A DNA stretch of 64,000 nucleotides from Octopus vulgaris (taxonomy: Eukaryota). The DNA lies in the NCBI GenBank assembly GCA_951406725.2, contig OX597814.1, positions 27,032,001-27,096,000 of the forward strand. Direction: 5' to 3'. The notes beneath the pieces were generated by a model. That model made no database searches and was not told the DNA's origin. It saw only the letters and a program-made list of their open reading frames with translations. This document shows, piece after piece, positions 14,266 to 27,664 of the stretch. The translations under genes were made by a program, and so were the position numbers. Position 1 is the first letter of the stretch; the number at the start of each line of letters is the position of its first letter.

Positions 14266-14336
14266 GTCATAATAAAACTCAGAGTTTCAGATACCAGAGC
14301 TGAAAACTGCTCTGGCATCTCATCAGTTATTAAGAC
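14266..14336 (-). ncRNA. Minimal type I hammerhead ribozyme (Penelope-associated)
   Basis: Minus strand: gtct-TAATAA CTGATGA GATGCCAGAGC agttttca GCTCTGGTATC t GAAA CTCTGAG T T TTATTA t-gac. Both core boxes, stem I, an 11-bp stem II and a palindromic stem III are present. Confidence 0.7.
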
Positions 14337-14558
14337 AAAACTCTAAGAAAAAAAGACTGTTAACGGGAAATTACTCCAATAAGCATGGTAAAAGTAATAC
14401 TTCATTCATAGAATCTGTATATGCACACATATACTCACACACATACATGTATGCACACACTCATACACATATATGTATATATATATATCTATATACATAC
14501 TCACACGCATGTACATATACATTCAAATACACATATATACATATGTATGTCTATGCAT

Positions 14559-14599
<41 letters not shown>

Positions 14600-14668
14600 C
14601 CCATGCACACATCACTATGCTCATATATACATCTCTACATGCACACACACATACATACACGGGTATAG

Positions 14669-14940
14669 AAAGCCAGGTTCAACGATCACACCTTAAGCTT
14701 CAGACACTGGGATAACAGGAAAACAACCAAATTATCCAGTTATATATGGTCCTTAAAAGAAAAAGGTGTCAACTATAAGATTCACTGGAAGAACTTGGCC
14801 AAGTGTAAGCCTTACACCAATGGCAGTGGAAAGTGTGGTCTTTGTGATATGGAAAGAGGGCTTATCTGGAAAAGTTCTTTAGACCCCGCTATGTGTCTAA
14901 ATTCAAGAACTGAACTCTTGGGGTCATGTCCACATATGGC
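14669..14940 (+). mobile_element. Penelope-like element relic, C-terminal part of the GIY-YIG endonuclease
   Basis: Open frame KARFNDHTLSFRHWDNRKTTKLSSYIWSLKEKGVNYKIHWKNLAKCKPYTNGSGKCGLCDMERGLIWKSSLDPAMCLNSRTELLGSCPH fits the PLE pattern RxxxH..LSxYIW.LK..CxLC..E..LNxRxEL..CxH. Confidence 0.8.
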
Positions 14941-15214
14941 CATTCTTTCTTTCTTCCATTTCCTTCCTAAAGACAAGATGTGCTTTTATCTGTCTCTTCT
15001 CAAAGCTCAAAGCTCATTTTTTCCAGCGTTTACCACTTCACACCGTCTTGGCTTAACAGCCCTCACCATTTGTTTTTACTGTTTTGTTCTCACTGTCCTA
15101 TTTTTGTTACCACTTTCACACTCTACAAAAAATCCCAAATTTTATTTGATTTGCTTTGCGGGAAGGACTGTTTTAATGAAGTCGCATCTTGTCCTTACCT
15201 TCAAAACACAGATT

Positions 15215-15420
15215 AGATCAAACAGGGGACAACTGATGAAGTGAATGTTCTTTATGTCTCGTTTCTCTGTTTGTTTTTTTCATTGTTCAAAAAAAGGTTC
15301 GTTTTCTATGTTTTTGTTTTTTGTGTTCTCATTTCTCATTCTCTCTGCGTTTTATTTTATGTCCCATACCCATGTATGCATGTATATATGCAATATATGT
15401 AGGTATGTACATATATGTCA
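15215..15420 (+). mobile_element. Probable Penelope terminal-repeat/UTR segment ('gacaactgatgaag...gtcccatacccatgtatgcatg')
   Basis: Follows the GIY-YIG relic; related segments at ~7140-7260 (+) and ~500-590 (-). Confidence 0.45.
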
Positions 15421-15447
15421 GTATATATGCATATATTTATATGTTAT

Positions 15448-15524
<77 letters not shown>

Positions 15525-16612
15525 ATATTTTTATATCTTCTTATATCCTTACATCCTTTAAAGATTTTTTCATAACGTTGGAATTTTTTATATAATTATA
15601 TTTTTTAAATAAGCTTATCTGTTATAAAAACCAATTGTCTCATTTTTTGCCTTTGATCCCTGGTTTTCAGTCAATAGAAAATATATACCTCTTTTTCGGA
15701 TGAATTCTGAATGTAATTTGGGTTCATTGTTTGAATGGTTTTATCATGACCACCTTAAAGTTCGATAGGATAAAGTATTATGAAGCTTGTACTTTATATA
15801 AAAGTAACCTATTTTTTAGTACCTAAATTGGTTTATATATCCTTCTTATCTTACTTGGTCCTTATATCCCTTTCTAAACTTATTAAATGTTGCTTTTCAT
15901 TATACAAAATATAATAATATATAAATTTTGCTATACTTTGGTAATATTTTCCCCCCTGTACCCTTAATGCCCATTTAGATCTCATTGTGATGTCCTTTAT
16001 TTTCTATTTTAGGCCCCCTAATTGATAATAATAAAATAGTTTGTCAACCCTACCCACCCTCTTTCTGAGCATTTACCACTATTTTACTGACTTCTTTTGA
16101 GATTTGTTTATTTATGTGGTCATAGGGAATTTATAGCCGAAGTAAATTGGGGTTTTGGGAGAGTATTTTACAGTAATTAATTTATTATCAGCAGTTAGAA
16201 CTTAAGTGTCAATTCCCAGTGGTTTTAATTCTTAGTGGACTTATTATACTAGCAGCATTAGATCTTTTGATGGTGATAAGAAGATAGATAAAAATTGTGG
16301 CTATATTAGCATCTCATGACCTCCAATGTTATTCTCTTCTGCCACTCCATGTTATAGTTGGGGTATTTTCTCACTAAGTTCATTTGGCTACAATAATAGC
16401 AGCATGTGATTCTTTCATTTTCTAGTTCTGATGAAATAGTTACTAAAAATTATAATGGAGTATCCTGTATGTTAAAAACCTATATTATGCATCCGAAGAT
16501 GGCAGTGTATTTCAAGTTGATGTAATGCTTGCTTTGTTCGATTAAATGTAGCCACCTAAAACAGCCATAATGCACAAATACCTTGACTTTTTTGTTACTT
16601 ACTTGCCTTTAC

Positions 16613-16644
<32 letters not shown>

Positions 16645-17329
16645 GTATGTATATATATATATATGTATGTCTTTATGTATATATATGTATATATAAATGT
16701 ATATATATATGTATACATTTATGTATATATATATATGTACATATATTTCTGTATATATATGTATGTATATATATATATGTATGTATATATATATGTATAT
16801 ATATATATGTGTGTGTGTGTATATATATATATATATAGATATATATATGTGTGTGTATGTGTGTGTGTGTGTGTGTGTATGTATATATATAAGATAGATA
16901 ATATTATGATATGTATAATAAATATTATATAATATACATATACTATCCCCTACATCGTATTTCTACTATTTTGCAGTTCATTTCACCTCCTCTGCCTCCT
17001 TGTCCTGCTCATATTTCCTACACTTCCCTTCTCCTAAACTTATATTTATAATGTCCATCTCAATCCCCCATCTCTAATTATCTGTCACACTCCATTACAC
17101 TTGCCTACCCACCTACCTTTTCTGTTTCTCTATGCCTATTTTCTCCCACACATTCACTTAGAACCTTGAGGCTACACTCTCACCATCTTACTGTCTCTTT
17201 CATTTTCTTACTCACTTTCTAGCTGACAAAGCCATGCATTCACCTCTTCAGTAAGACATCACTTCATGTTCCTCTACTATACTTGCATATCCTTCAGTAC
17301 AACATGCCATTCAGTTAAGGGGTCTTGTT

Positions 17330-17482
17330 TTGCAAGTAAAATGCACCCAAAACACTCTGTAAAGTGGTTGGTGATAGAAAGGACATCCAGCTGTAGAAAC
17401 CATAACAAAGCAGATACTGGAGCTCAATACAACCCTCGGTCCAACCCATACTGTCATGGAAAAATAGAAGTTTAATGATGAT
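17330..17482 (+). mobile_element. RTE-type 3' tail fragment
   Basis: 'gtggttggtgatagaaaggacatccagctgtagaaac...ccaaccca...gatgat'; same family as 31606. Confidence 0.65.
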
Positions 17483-17684
17483 ATATTCATCACGCTTTCA
17501 CCATCATCATTTCTGGTGCTGTTGCCACAACAAAATGAACCCTGTATGGTCTATAAAGTGGTGTTAGAATGGGTATCTGGCCATTGGAGTGAAAATACAA
17601 CTGAAATGCACAAGTGAGAGATGATCTTCTAATACATGCACACACATATATGTGTATGTGTGTGTGTGTGTGTAAACATATATG

Positions 17685-17807
17685 TAAATATATATATAAT
17701 TTTTGCCTATATATAAAATTATATATAAGTGTATTTTAAAAATTGTGTATATATATATAAAATTTTTGCCTATATACAAAATTATATATAAGTGTATTCT
17801 AAAAGTC

Positions 17808-17812
<5 letters not shown>
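17685..17812. repeat. Tandem duplication, ~62-bp unit x2
   Basis: 'tttttgcctatata(t/c)aaaattatatataagtgtatt' occurs twice. Confidence 0.8.
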
Positions 17813-17844
<32 letters not shown>

Positions 17845-19841
17845 TACACATATGAGTATATATATAATTTTATATGTTTTATATGTAGGGATAATGTTAC
17901 ATATATAACTAACATATATATATATAAATTGTCACCAAAGATTTTTTTTAAAACCTATATGAAAAGTTATCTAAACAGGCATAGAAACATTCATAACTGC
18001 ACACATATATATATATACACACTAATATATGCCACTAAAGAAGGACATGCACATACATACACATTACCATACAAATATATGTGCATATACATGCAAAGAC
18101 ACCTGCTCACATATTCCAGCATGCACATTCATAGATACATTTACATACCACACAACTAGACACACAAACACACACGTGTGTGTGTGTATTTATCACTCAT
18201 GCCTTTTTTATACTTATGTCTCTCTCTTCCTCTCTCAGCACAGACATACATACATATACATGTGCTCACATTCCATAACTTTCTGGATATTTAAGAAAAT
18301 GTAAAACAAATTCTCCTCAAAAAGCTGATGGAAAAACATTTGGGTATATGTGCATATGTGCACATGCATGTATATACCTACGTGGGCACTTTTTTATTAT
18401 TATCATTATTATTATCATTAATTTTATTTTCTTTCTTTCCTCTTCAGTAGCATAGGTTTCAAATACTTAGGTAAGAGATGGGGATGAGGCATAAATCTTT
18501 GGGTAGATTCAAAGAAAAATATTAACATTCCAGTTTATTTTGTGTGTTTTTTTGTCATTTTTTTTGTTTGTTTTGTTTTTTATACTGAAGTCAGTCTTAA
18601 ATTATAACATTTATGGAATGCAAAAACAATTTGTTTTACAGAACATTCGGACTAAAAACATCCTTCCTTGATGTGCTATCTGTTGTAATCCATTTGTTTG
18701 TATGTTGTGATGTTTTATCTTTAGTTATTTACATCATATTTTTATCTTACTTTTCATTTATTTCTTATTCAGTAATTTTGTTTTTGTTGTACCACCACAC
18801 TCATACACACACATACCAAAAGTTCGATGTGTAGTTGCATAAAAGAAATTATAGGAAGAAGAGAAAGAAATTGCGCAGTGTAAACGTGTGATCAGTCATC
18901 CACATAGCAGAGCTTGCTATGTTCTAGAATATTCTGTTCTGTTTCATTTTGCCATCTCTCTCTCTCTCTCTCTCTCCCTCTCTCTCCCTCTCTCTTTCTC
19001 CCTCTCTCTTATTCATTCTCCCAATATTTAAATGCCTTACTAACTTCAGTGACAATTCATTGGAAGACAGAGGGAATCATGAAGCATGGAACAAGATGTG
19101 GGGTATTTTGGTGGTCTTTGGGTGGTTAGGGGAAGATAGTTTATGGTAGATCTGTCTTCTCAGATAAAAATCCATTTCCAATATTCTTGGGAAATAAAAA
19201 GTAAACAAAAAAAATATAGTGAAAAAATAATGAAAACAGAATCAAAGATTGGGATAAATGGAAAAGAGGAGATGAAGGTAGAGAAGAAAGCTGGCACAGT
19301 AGCAAGGTGTTCAGGCAAGTGTAAATGCAGAGAGAAAAATGGGTGACAACTTTGAGACATCAAAGTCTGAGAGCAGATTATATGCATCAGAGGAAGCTGG
19401 GACTAAAAGAAGATGGAAACCAAGCAGATAAATAGTAATATATAGGTATAGTAAATGAAAGTGGCGTTGTAGTAGTGGTAGAAGATTGAAAGAAGAAAAA
19501 GAAAAAGAAAAATGCTAAAACCTATTTCAATCCTGTCTTTTGGCAGGATTATAAATGGAATTTAAGAATGAAAGTTCCTTGTTTGTTCGTTTCCTTATTT
19601 ATTTCTTGTTAAAATGAACTTTTAGAAAACAGATAGCAGATCAGTATTTGTCAGTGAAAGAATAAGCTGTGTCAGCAGTATTGTCCTAGTTTTGCTCTTC
19701 TTCAATATAATTTTAATTTAAAAAAAGTATTTGAATGATAAATAAGCTTTTGAGAAAGGCTAACAGTATTCACATATATATATGTATGTGTGTGTTTAGT
19801 GACTGATATACATACATGTGTGTGTGTGTGTGTGTTGTGAT

Positions 19842-20010
<169 letters not shown>

Positions 20011-20399
20011 CATGCACTTACATATGCAATAATTGATTTAACTGTAAAATAATTCAACAGTAAATTGATTTCCATAATGCTTTCTTTCAGCAATACTAAA
20101 GATGCAGTTAATCATAGAATAACTTTGTATTAATTCATTATTTTTCCAAAGGAATAGATGTTATATTTTCTTGTTATATTTATTTGTTATTCAGTGTTAA
20201 AATTAAAAAATATGGACAATTTTCATTTTCTGAAAAAGCATTTAAAATATACAATATATTTCCTATTTTTCTGAATATCTTCAATCCAGTCCATTTTTCA
20301 ACAATTAAATCAACTGCAGAGTACTTTGAATTTTATTTTCCCTCCTATATTTATTTTTATTATTATTTGCAAAGCTTAAATCTTAAGGTTGCTTAGAGC

Positions 20400-20880
20400 A
20401 AGTTTTTGTCTCCAACTATGACAGCATTAAGTGATTCAGAAACAAATATTTGTCCAGGTAGGACACTGGTATCTTCTTCCACCAGAAGAATTGTACTTAG
20501 TGCTACAACAGTAAATTGTACCATTTTTGGTACCAGCTTAAATATAGGTAGTTTCTTCTGTTGAGGGATATATATCTTTACTGTTGACACAATGCAGTTC
20601 TGTCATTCTGAAGTTAGTTAATGCAATCTAGGATATCTGGGTACACCATCAAAAATATAAGAAGAGTACTTCCTTGTGGTTCTCACTTGAGCTTTGTAGA
20701 TAGTTAGTAGCTGTTTGTGGATGTTGTAGTTTCTGTCCCTGTAGAGAGAGGTCAGTTTTTATGATACAGTCTTTACTATGTTTGTATTTTCTGTTCCTGA
20801 AGAGGAAGGCAGGCCTTTGTCACATTATATAGTTCTATAATCAGTAACTCAACTATTCAGCCTATAGTATTATACTGGAA
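20400..20880 (-). mobile_element. Decayed LINE ORF2 C-terminal relic (CR1/L2/Jockey-type)
   Basis: The minus strand around 20640-20720 reads QLLTIYKAQVRTTRKYSSYIFDG, resembling the post-RT motif LYKAQVRPxxEYxSxxW. Confidence 0.5.
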
Positions 20881-21895
20881 ATAAACATTGCAACAGCATC
20901 TAAAATATCATTTATACTGATTATGAAAGGAGTTTTTAGATGGGTTAATAATTTATGGTTAAGGTCATGAAGATGGCTTTGAGGAGAAACATATATTGTT
21001 TTATCTACTCAAGAAAACTAAAACTAATTATTCTGTCTACAAGAGCTGTTTAAAGTGAACACTTGAGACATACAAAAAAAAATTTAATAAAACTGTAGAA
21101 AAGAAGAGTTAGAAATGAAGGAACTCAAAGAGGGAAGAAAGAGAAAAAGAACAGAAGTTGGAGAAGGAAGAAGGAGAGGTTAAGAAAGGAAAATAAGATT
21201 GAAAATATTTATTAGTCAATTACTAATTTCTGTTTAATTTAGAGAAACACATTTCAAGACTAATTGTTTAAACTAACAGACAAACTTCTAGTCATTTTCA
21301 CATCTAAGAAAACCAAGTAAGGAGATGGTGAAGACAGGAACAGTATAAGAGCAGATAACAAAATTAATATCAACAACAATCTCCAATTACTGATAATATC
21401 AGTACTATTAGTTCACAGAGATTTTGTAATTGAGTAAAGCAATCTAATATCTACTAATTACCTACAACAGACATTTGTGACCTACATAAAAAAAAAAAAT
21501 TCATCTAAAGGGAGATAACTAGAAGCCATTGTTCTGTCTATGAGCTTCTTAGATAATTATTGGCATAGTGGAATTGATATAGCATACAAAATACCAAAAT
21601 ACTTTGGGATATTTAATTCCAGTAATATGTTTCAAGAGTTCTAATCATGCAATTTTGCTTTTAATTATTCTAAGTACAAGAATCACCCACATTATGAGAA
21701 TAATGAATTCCTGAAAAACTTAACATAATATGAAATCCTGTAATGTGAAATTAATTTTCTCATTGATTTCATGTTGTAAAGTAATAAAATATTCTTACAG
21801 ATTATTTTAAAACAACACAGGAAAATAAGTAACACAACCTCTTTTATGCATGGAAACAATTTCTGAATACACTTTACCTTTACCTCGGTTAGAAA

Positions 21896-22109
21896 CCAAA
21901 GGTCTCTCTCTCTCTATCACTGAGTGAAAGGAATATTTTATGAAGCATGTATACAAACTACAATGCTACATGGTAGTGAGACATGGGCTCTGAATACAGA
22001 AGACATGCAAAGACTGGAGAGGGATGAAGCTGGTATGCTCCACTAGATGTGCAAACGTCAGTGTATATGTGTGATAGAGCACTAATGTATTAAGAGAAAA
22101 TTTAGGCAT

Positions 22110-22140
<31 letters not shown>
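21896..22140 (+). mobile_element. RTE LINE ORF C-terminal relic
   Basis: Reads YEACIQTTMLHGSETWALNTEDMQRLERDEAGML (RTE 'LYGSETW' motif) and is followed by (GAT)n. Confidence 0.75.
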
Positions 22141-22272
22141 CGACGATGACAACAATGACAAAACAATAAGGACATTTAAAAACATTTGAAGAGAAATATT
22201 TTAGGGAATAAATAAGATTTATAATACCATAATAAGGTATGTTCTTACAACTAAAAATGTTCACTATTATGT

Positions 22273-22348
22273 GAGGATTGGTGGTTATTGAGGTTGGTGG
22301 TTATTGAGGATTGGTGGTTATTGAGGTTGGTGGTTATTGAGGTTGGTG
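22273..22348. repeat. Minisatellite, 16-17-bp unit (gagg(a)ttggtggttatt) x~4.5
   Basis: Directly visible. Confidence 0.9.
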
Positions 22349-23844
22349 CTGGTGTAAGAAACAACCTTCTATCTTATAGTTCATCATCAACATCCACTTG
22401 AGGGATTCTTGAACACCTGACTTAATTTTCTCTTTATTGTTACATATTGTTCCCTGTACAAGCTTTAATGCTTTGGTAATGTGGCTGATCTTTTTCGAAC
22501 ACATCAAGCATTCTTCAAACAAGGTTAATATCAGCTTTAATCCTTTTATGGTTCCCTTTCACACAACTAGCTTCAGTTCCACTGAATGGCTTCTTTCCAG
22601 ACATCTTTAATTGTAGGTAAATCTAACAGCAGCAATGATCAACAATTATCCACAAAAAATAGGTAGTAAAGCAGTAGCACCAGTAAAGAACTGTTTTGTG
22701 ATAGAAAAATATTAATGTCTTATTCCTATGGATGTAAGAATGGAAATGAGAGGGTAAAAGGCTGAAGGAATGAGGTGGAAGGAAGTACTATATAGTTACA
22801 ATTAGTTGAAGATTTACCAGGTTCATGGGTACTTTGCTCCTTGGACCTCTGATCTGAGCCATAAAAACTTCACACTACTCACACAATCTCATGCACACTA
22901 TTGTGTTGACATGCATCATATGTAACTGCAGACATTGCTCTCATGCTGATACTATTATTGATGCTGCCAGTTGCTTATTCAAAAGTTGCTGAGTTAGTAG
23001 TTGTGATTGTGTTGGTTTTGGTGTTTGTGGTGATAGTAATAGTAGGGATTTTGCTGGTGGTAGCAGTGGTCATATTGTTCTTGTTAATTGCGACTGTAGA
23101 GTCTAAAGTCAATTCTCATTGACCTAAGATCAAACACACTTCATTCAAACATTTAAAATACGCTAGAGTATAACATTATCTTATGTGATTGGTTTGGGAT
23201 GGTTGGAGAGGTTATATACTATTGCTACTGTTGTTGTTTTTATTGAGGAATTGATGGGTTGGTAATGGCAGCTATTGTATTAGTTCTGGTGTTGGTGTTG
23301 GTTGTGTTGGTATTGATAACAGATTGAGATGATGGTGAAGGTTGATTTATATATATGTATATAGATGTATATATTGATAGATATACATGAATATGTAAAC
23401 AAATACTCAATGTAACCCAAGAAAATATACAAGAGCATATACAACTATTCACAGTGAAAAATTTCACTTCACATATTTCTAGTGACCATATACAAATACT
23501 TTCATACATATACACACATACACATATTATGTATGTATGTATGTTTTTTCTTTGAATTTTGTTTAAGTTCTTAAGAGAACTTAAAGCAACGAAACTTTTT
23601 GAGTTAAGAGAGTTCCCAGTATTTGTAAATATGTGGTTAAGTTAGTGTGTTGGTTTAGTTGTCAATACACACACACTTGTGTGTGTGCATTTGTTCATCT
23701 AAAGAATCTCAGATGAAGAATCTTTGGAATGTCTTACAAATCTTTACTGTACCACTAATAGATTAGATTTGGAGAATACACTTCAGTTTCTTTTGCTCTT
23801 TCTTCATAAGTAAATAAGTAAGTAAATATGTATGTATGTATGCC

Positions 23845-24870
23845 TCTTCTATTTTTTAATTATTATAATTCTTCCACTGAGGAAGGAGCCTATTACAAAC
23901 AAAGATACAAGGCTCCATCTTTGGAATGTAGTTAACACAGACAAATTCACATTTGGAACTTGAGAAAAGTCTTACATATTTTTACTGTTCTATTCACAAA
24001 TTGAACTTGTAATATACAAATCAGCCAGTCAATTTCTCTTTCTGAAAATCCCAGTTATCCAGATTCTCCTTTAAGCATTTACTAACAAAACCTAGTGCTC
24101 GAATTATTATTGGTATGAATATGAATTCATAGTCTGGATATAGAAGCTGGGGGTTTTGAAGCAGTTGTCCATAGATATCCTCTTTTACTTTGATTCTCAA
24201 AGAGATATTTTTACCTGCAGGGCAGCCAACCTCTATGATGGTACATACTTTTGCCCCTCTGTCCCAAACAACAATATCTGGCCTGTTATGCTTACATTTG
24301 ACAGAAGCTTTGATGGAAATATTCCACCAGTATTGAGTTGGTGTTTATGAATGTATTCCATAACAGAGAGATTTTCTAAGTTTATTTCAGGACAGTTTTT
24401 TTTTGCGGATAGCATTGTAAATTGTCTTAGCAATAACACTGTGCTGCATAGAGACATAGCCTACACATGCAGTTGCCCCTTGGGATTATAAGAGCATCAC
24501 TGTCTCTCTTGTTCACCAAGTACTTTGTGGCAATCTCCTGTTCCTGGATTGCAAATGCATAGCCTTCAAAGTGTGATGTGATGTAGTGGTCTTGTGTCCA
24601 AGAGAGGCTGTGCTTCATGTCAATTCTACTGTTTTCTTCAAGCATCCGGGCAATATATGCATGGTCTTTTTTTTTTTTTGTATGCTGAGTGATTTCCATC
24701 TAGACCTTCTCTGAGGTAAGAGAGCCCAGCTGTTTCAGGGCTGTATAGGAGATCATCAGGAAGAGAGCGTTTCTTGATGAGTTCACTCCCAACTCGTACA
24801 ATGTTGCTTGCTTCACTTTAAAGGACTGCATTAGTATATTTATTTTTGCTGCTGTTGTTTAGCAGGTGCT
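23845..24870 (-). mobile_element. R4/Dong-like non-LTR retrotransposon 3' relic (zinc knuckle + restriction-like endonuclease)
   Basis: Minus strand: HFEGYAFAIQEQEIATKYL...CMCRLC, then YWWNISIKASVKCKHNRPDIVVWDRGAKVCTIIEVGCP (the PD..E RLE motif). Frameshifted and partly deleted. Confidence 0.8.
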
Positions 24871-27274
24871 CTGTATGCATGCATGTGTGTGTGTGTGTGC
24901 ATGTGTGCGTGCATGTGTGTGTGTGTGTGCGCGCGCACGTATGTATTGTGATTATAGTCTTTCAAATTGTTAATTATACTTTGCTCTTTGCTAAAACACC
25001 AAGATGAGTTCTTTTGGATAAGAAGAAAGTAGCTTTTAAATTGTTAAAATTTGTCTGAGTTTCCATAAGAGCAAAATTACAGACCTTATCCTAAAACTAG
25101 AGATCATACTTTACAGTCCCCATAAGCATGAATCCCTTTACCTGAAATAGCCATAGTGCAAGAGATCCCTGAAGTGTATATGAAACAGGAAAATACTAAG
25201 ATTGGTGAGCACTAGAGAATGTAGGGTCAAAGCTTTTGTCAAGTTAGATACAGTTGGGATTCGGTGAGGGTTGTTTTTTAGTTTTTACTTCCTTAGTAAT
25301 ATTCATACTTAGACATATTAGTTTCATGAGAAAAAGTATAACACAACTAGTGTTTACTGTGCAGCAATGAGATGGATGGAGAATTCAGACTAAAGATGTT
25401 GACAAGTAAATGGATATATAATATTTAGTATTTGTATCTTTTAAATTTTAACTTCAAAGAGGAAAATATAAAAACAGCAATAAATATTTCTTTTTTTATA
25501 AATAAAGAAAACTTATTAAAGTGATGATGAAGGTGGCCAATGGGGGTGGAAGAAATGCTAGTTAAGTGAAACAAGTTTACTGATGGAAGACAAGTTGTCA
25601 GCAGAAACTTAAACTAAATTGCTTACAATATGTAAAGTTTGGTCCATTTCCATCCTGTGTTCAGAAATCCTCAAGGTCAATTTTGCCTTAAGAATTAGCT
25701 TTCTGCCTAGTCAAATAAATATTGCTGCTTTGCTCAAAATATTGTATCTTGATAATTGAAAGAAATCTATCAGAATAAGAAAATCTCAAAAGGAAGAGAT
25801 TCAAGAAAATGGGGAGTATATATCATTTTGCCTCACATTATTAAAGAAAATGGATGAATAGGTAGCTGAAGTAATGTAGCTAAAAGCTCATTTTAAATAA
25901 GATGAGGGTAGAGTAGAAAAGTTTGGTGTAGTATAAGTTTTTGTTGTTCAATGGTCTAGATATCTCAGCTTGTATTTGATTTTACAGAAGTAACTGATCT
26001 GCTCTAGGAACTGCTCAAGTAATATTAAGTCATCTGATTTTCATCACAAAATATACTGACCTAAAATGTGATACATATTATATAAAATCAAGTGATTTTG
26101 TTGAGGGCTGCCACATTAAGGAGATCAAGTGACTAAAAAGGAGAATCTCATTGATTTATCTTAGAAAGAGAATGGCTTCAGTTTGTATTCAGATCACATT
26201 TAAATTATTTCTGTTTGAAAAATCTATTAGATTTTAGAGAAATTTTCACAGATGCTGACTATATTTTACACTCTGCTTCCAGCTAAAAAATATGGAATTA
26301 GTCAAATAGAATTTGAGCAAATCATTCAGTCAATTAGAACTTAAATATGATCTTTGTTAAACAATTAATTATAAACTAGATTTTTAATTGCAATGCAAAA
26401 TATATAATTCAGATTTAATTGTAAAATAATACCTGATTAAATTGTGAGTGAATTATCAATTTCTTCACTACCACCATCTTAATTGATTATTTAGTAATTT
26501 TATTGAGGTAGAAACTTTCTGGGTTATTTTTGCAGAATAATTTTTAATTCTGTAATCAAGATCCTTCTTAAATTCTGTCTTTATAAATATGTTTTTTAAC
26601 ATGTTATTTCATTCTTTAAAATCTCAGGAAAAGCTCAGCTCTTCACAAGACAAGAATTTTAATCAATCATAATATTCTTCTTCTAATATATTATTTTAAA
26701 GAAACTATACCACTTGATATTATATTTTCCCATTTTAGAATGTATTTTTTATATGTAAGAAAATAAGGAAAGTTTATTCTGTGATAAAATTTTTTTTATC
26801 TTTGGGAACAGGTTCTGCAACTCCTCCCTCATATTCATTAATATCCCCTCACCTCAGTTTTCCAAATTTCCTATTGTCAGTTGTTCTCAAATGTACGAGT
26901 AAGACTCATAAATGCATATTGTCTAAGAGAACCACTAGTTTCCTCTCTAACACTTCATGAACAAGCATTAATCACCCATTTTGCATTGTATTTTTTTTAA
27001 CATCATTTTGTCTAGCATGTTCTCAATACTATTGCACAATAAGCCTTTATTTCATGCAATTGTTGCCCACTTGATGGGAGGAAATGCTAAAATAGGAAGC
27101 TATTGTAAGAGATATAAACCTAATTTGCAATAAATTTGTTCATTATCAGAATAAAGATCACTCATTGTTTAGATTGATCCTTTAAAAAATCCTGTATTTT
27201 TATCCTACATAAAAAGGGATCATATGATTCAAATGTTCATGGTTCTCACATTGCAACATATTCAAATGAAAGCT

Positions 27275-27620
27275 TTAACCCTTTCATAAACATATTTCTA
27301 AAGGAATATATCACCTATGAGTTTCAATTAATTTGAAAACAATCAGGAATTTGGTGGGAGTTAATAAAGCACTTTTTTTCATTATTAAGCTATTCTATAG
27401 AACAAAGAAAAAAAAATCATAAAATAATGAAGGAAGGTTTAATTTCAATATGAATGCAAGGTGTAGGCATAGCTGTGTGGTTCGGATACTAGCTACCCAA
27501 CCATGTGGTTTCAGGTTCAGTCTCATTGTGTGACACTGAGCAAGTGTCTTCTACTATAGATCTAGGTTGACCAAAGCCTTCAGTTGGATTTGACTGGTAG
27601 AAACTGAAAGGATCCTGTTT

Positions 27621-27664
<44 letters not shown>

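Noticed and set aside
18448-18470. Exon-like cassette with a strong pyrimidine tract and gtaaga donor
   Set aside because: In this phase-0 intron all three possible acceptors give a TAG stop or a frameshift. At most a cryptic or poison exon, and not supportable without RNA data.
22273-22348. Regular short repeats suggestive of CRISPR
   Set aside because: Head-to-tail minisatellite with no unique spacers, in a eukaryotic context with no cas genes.
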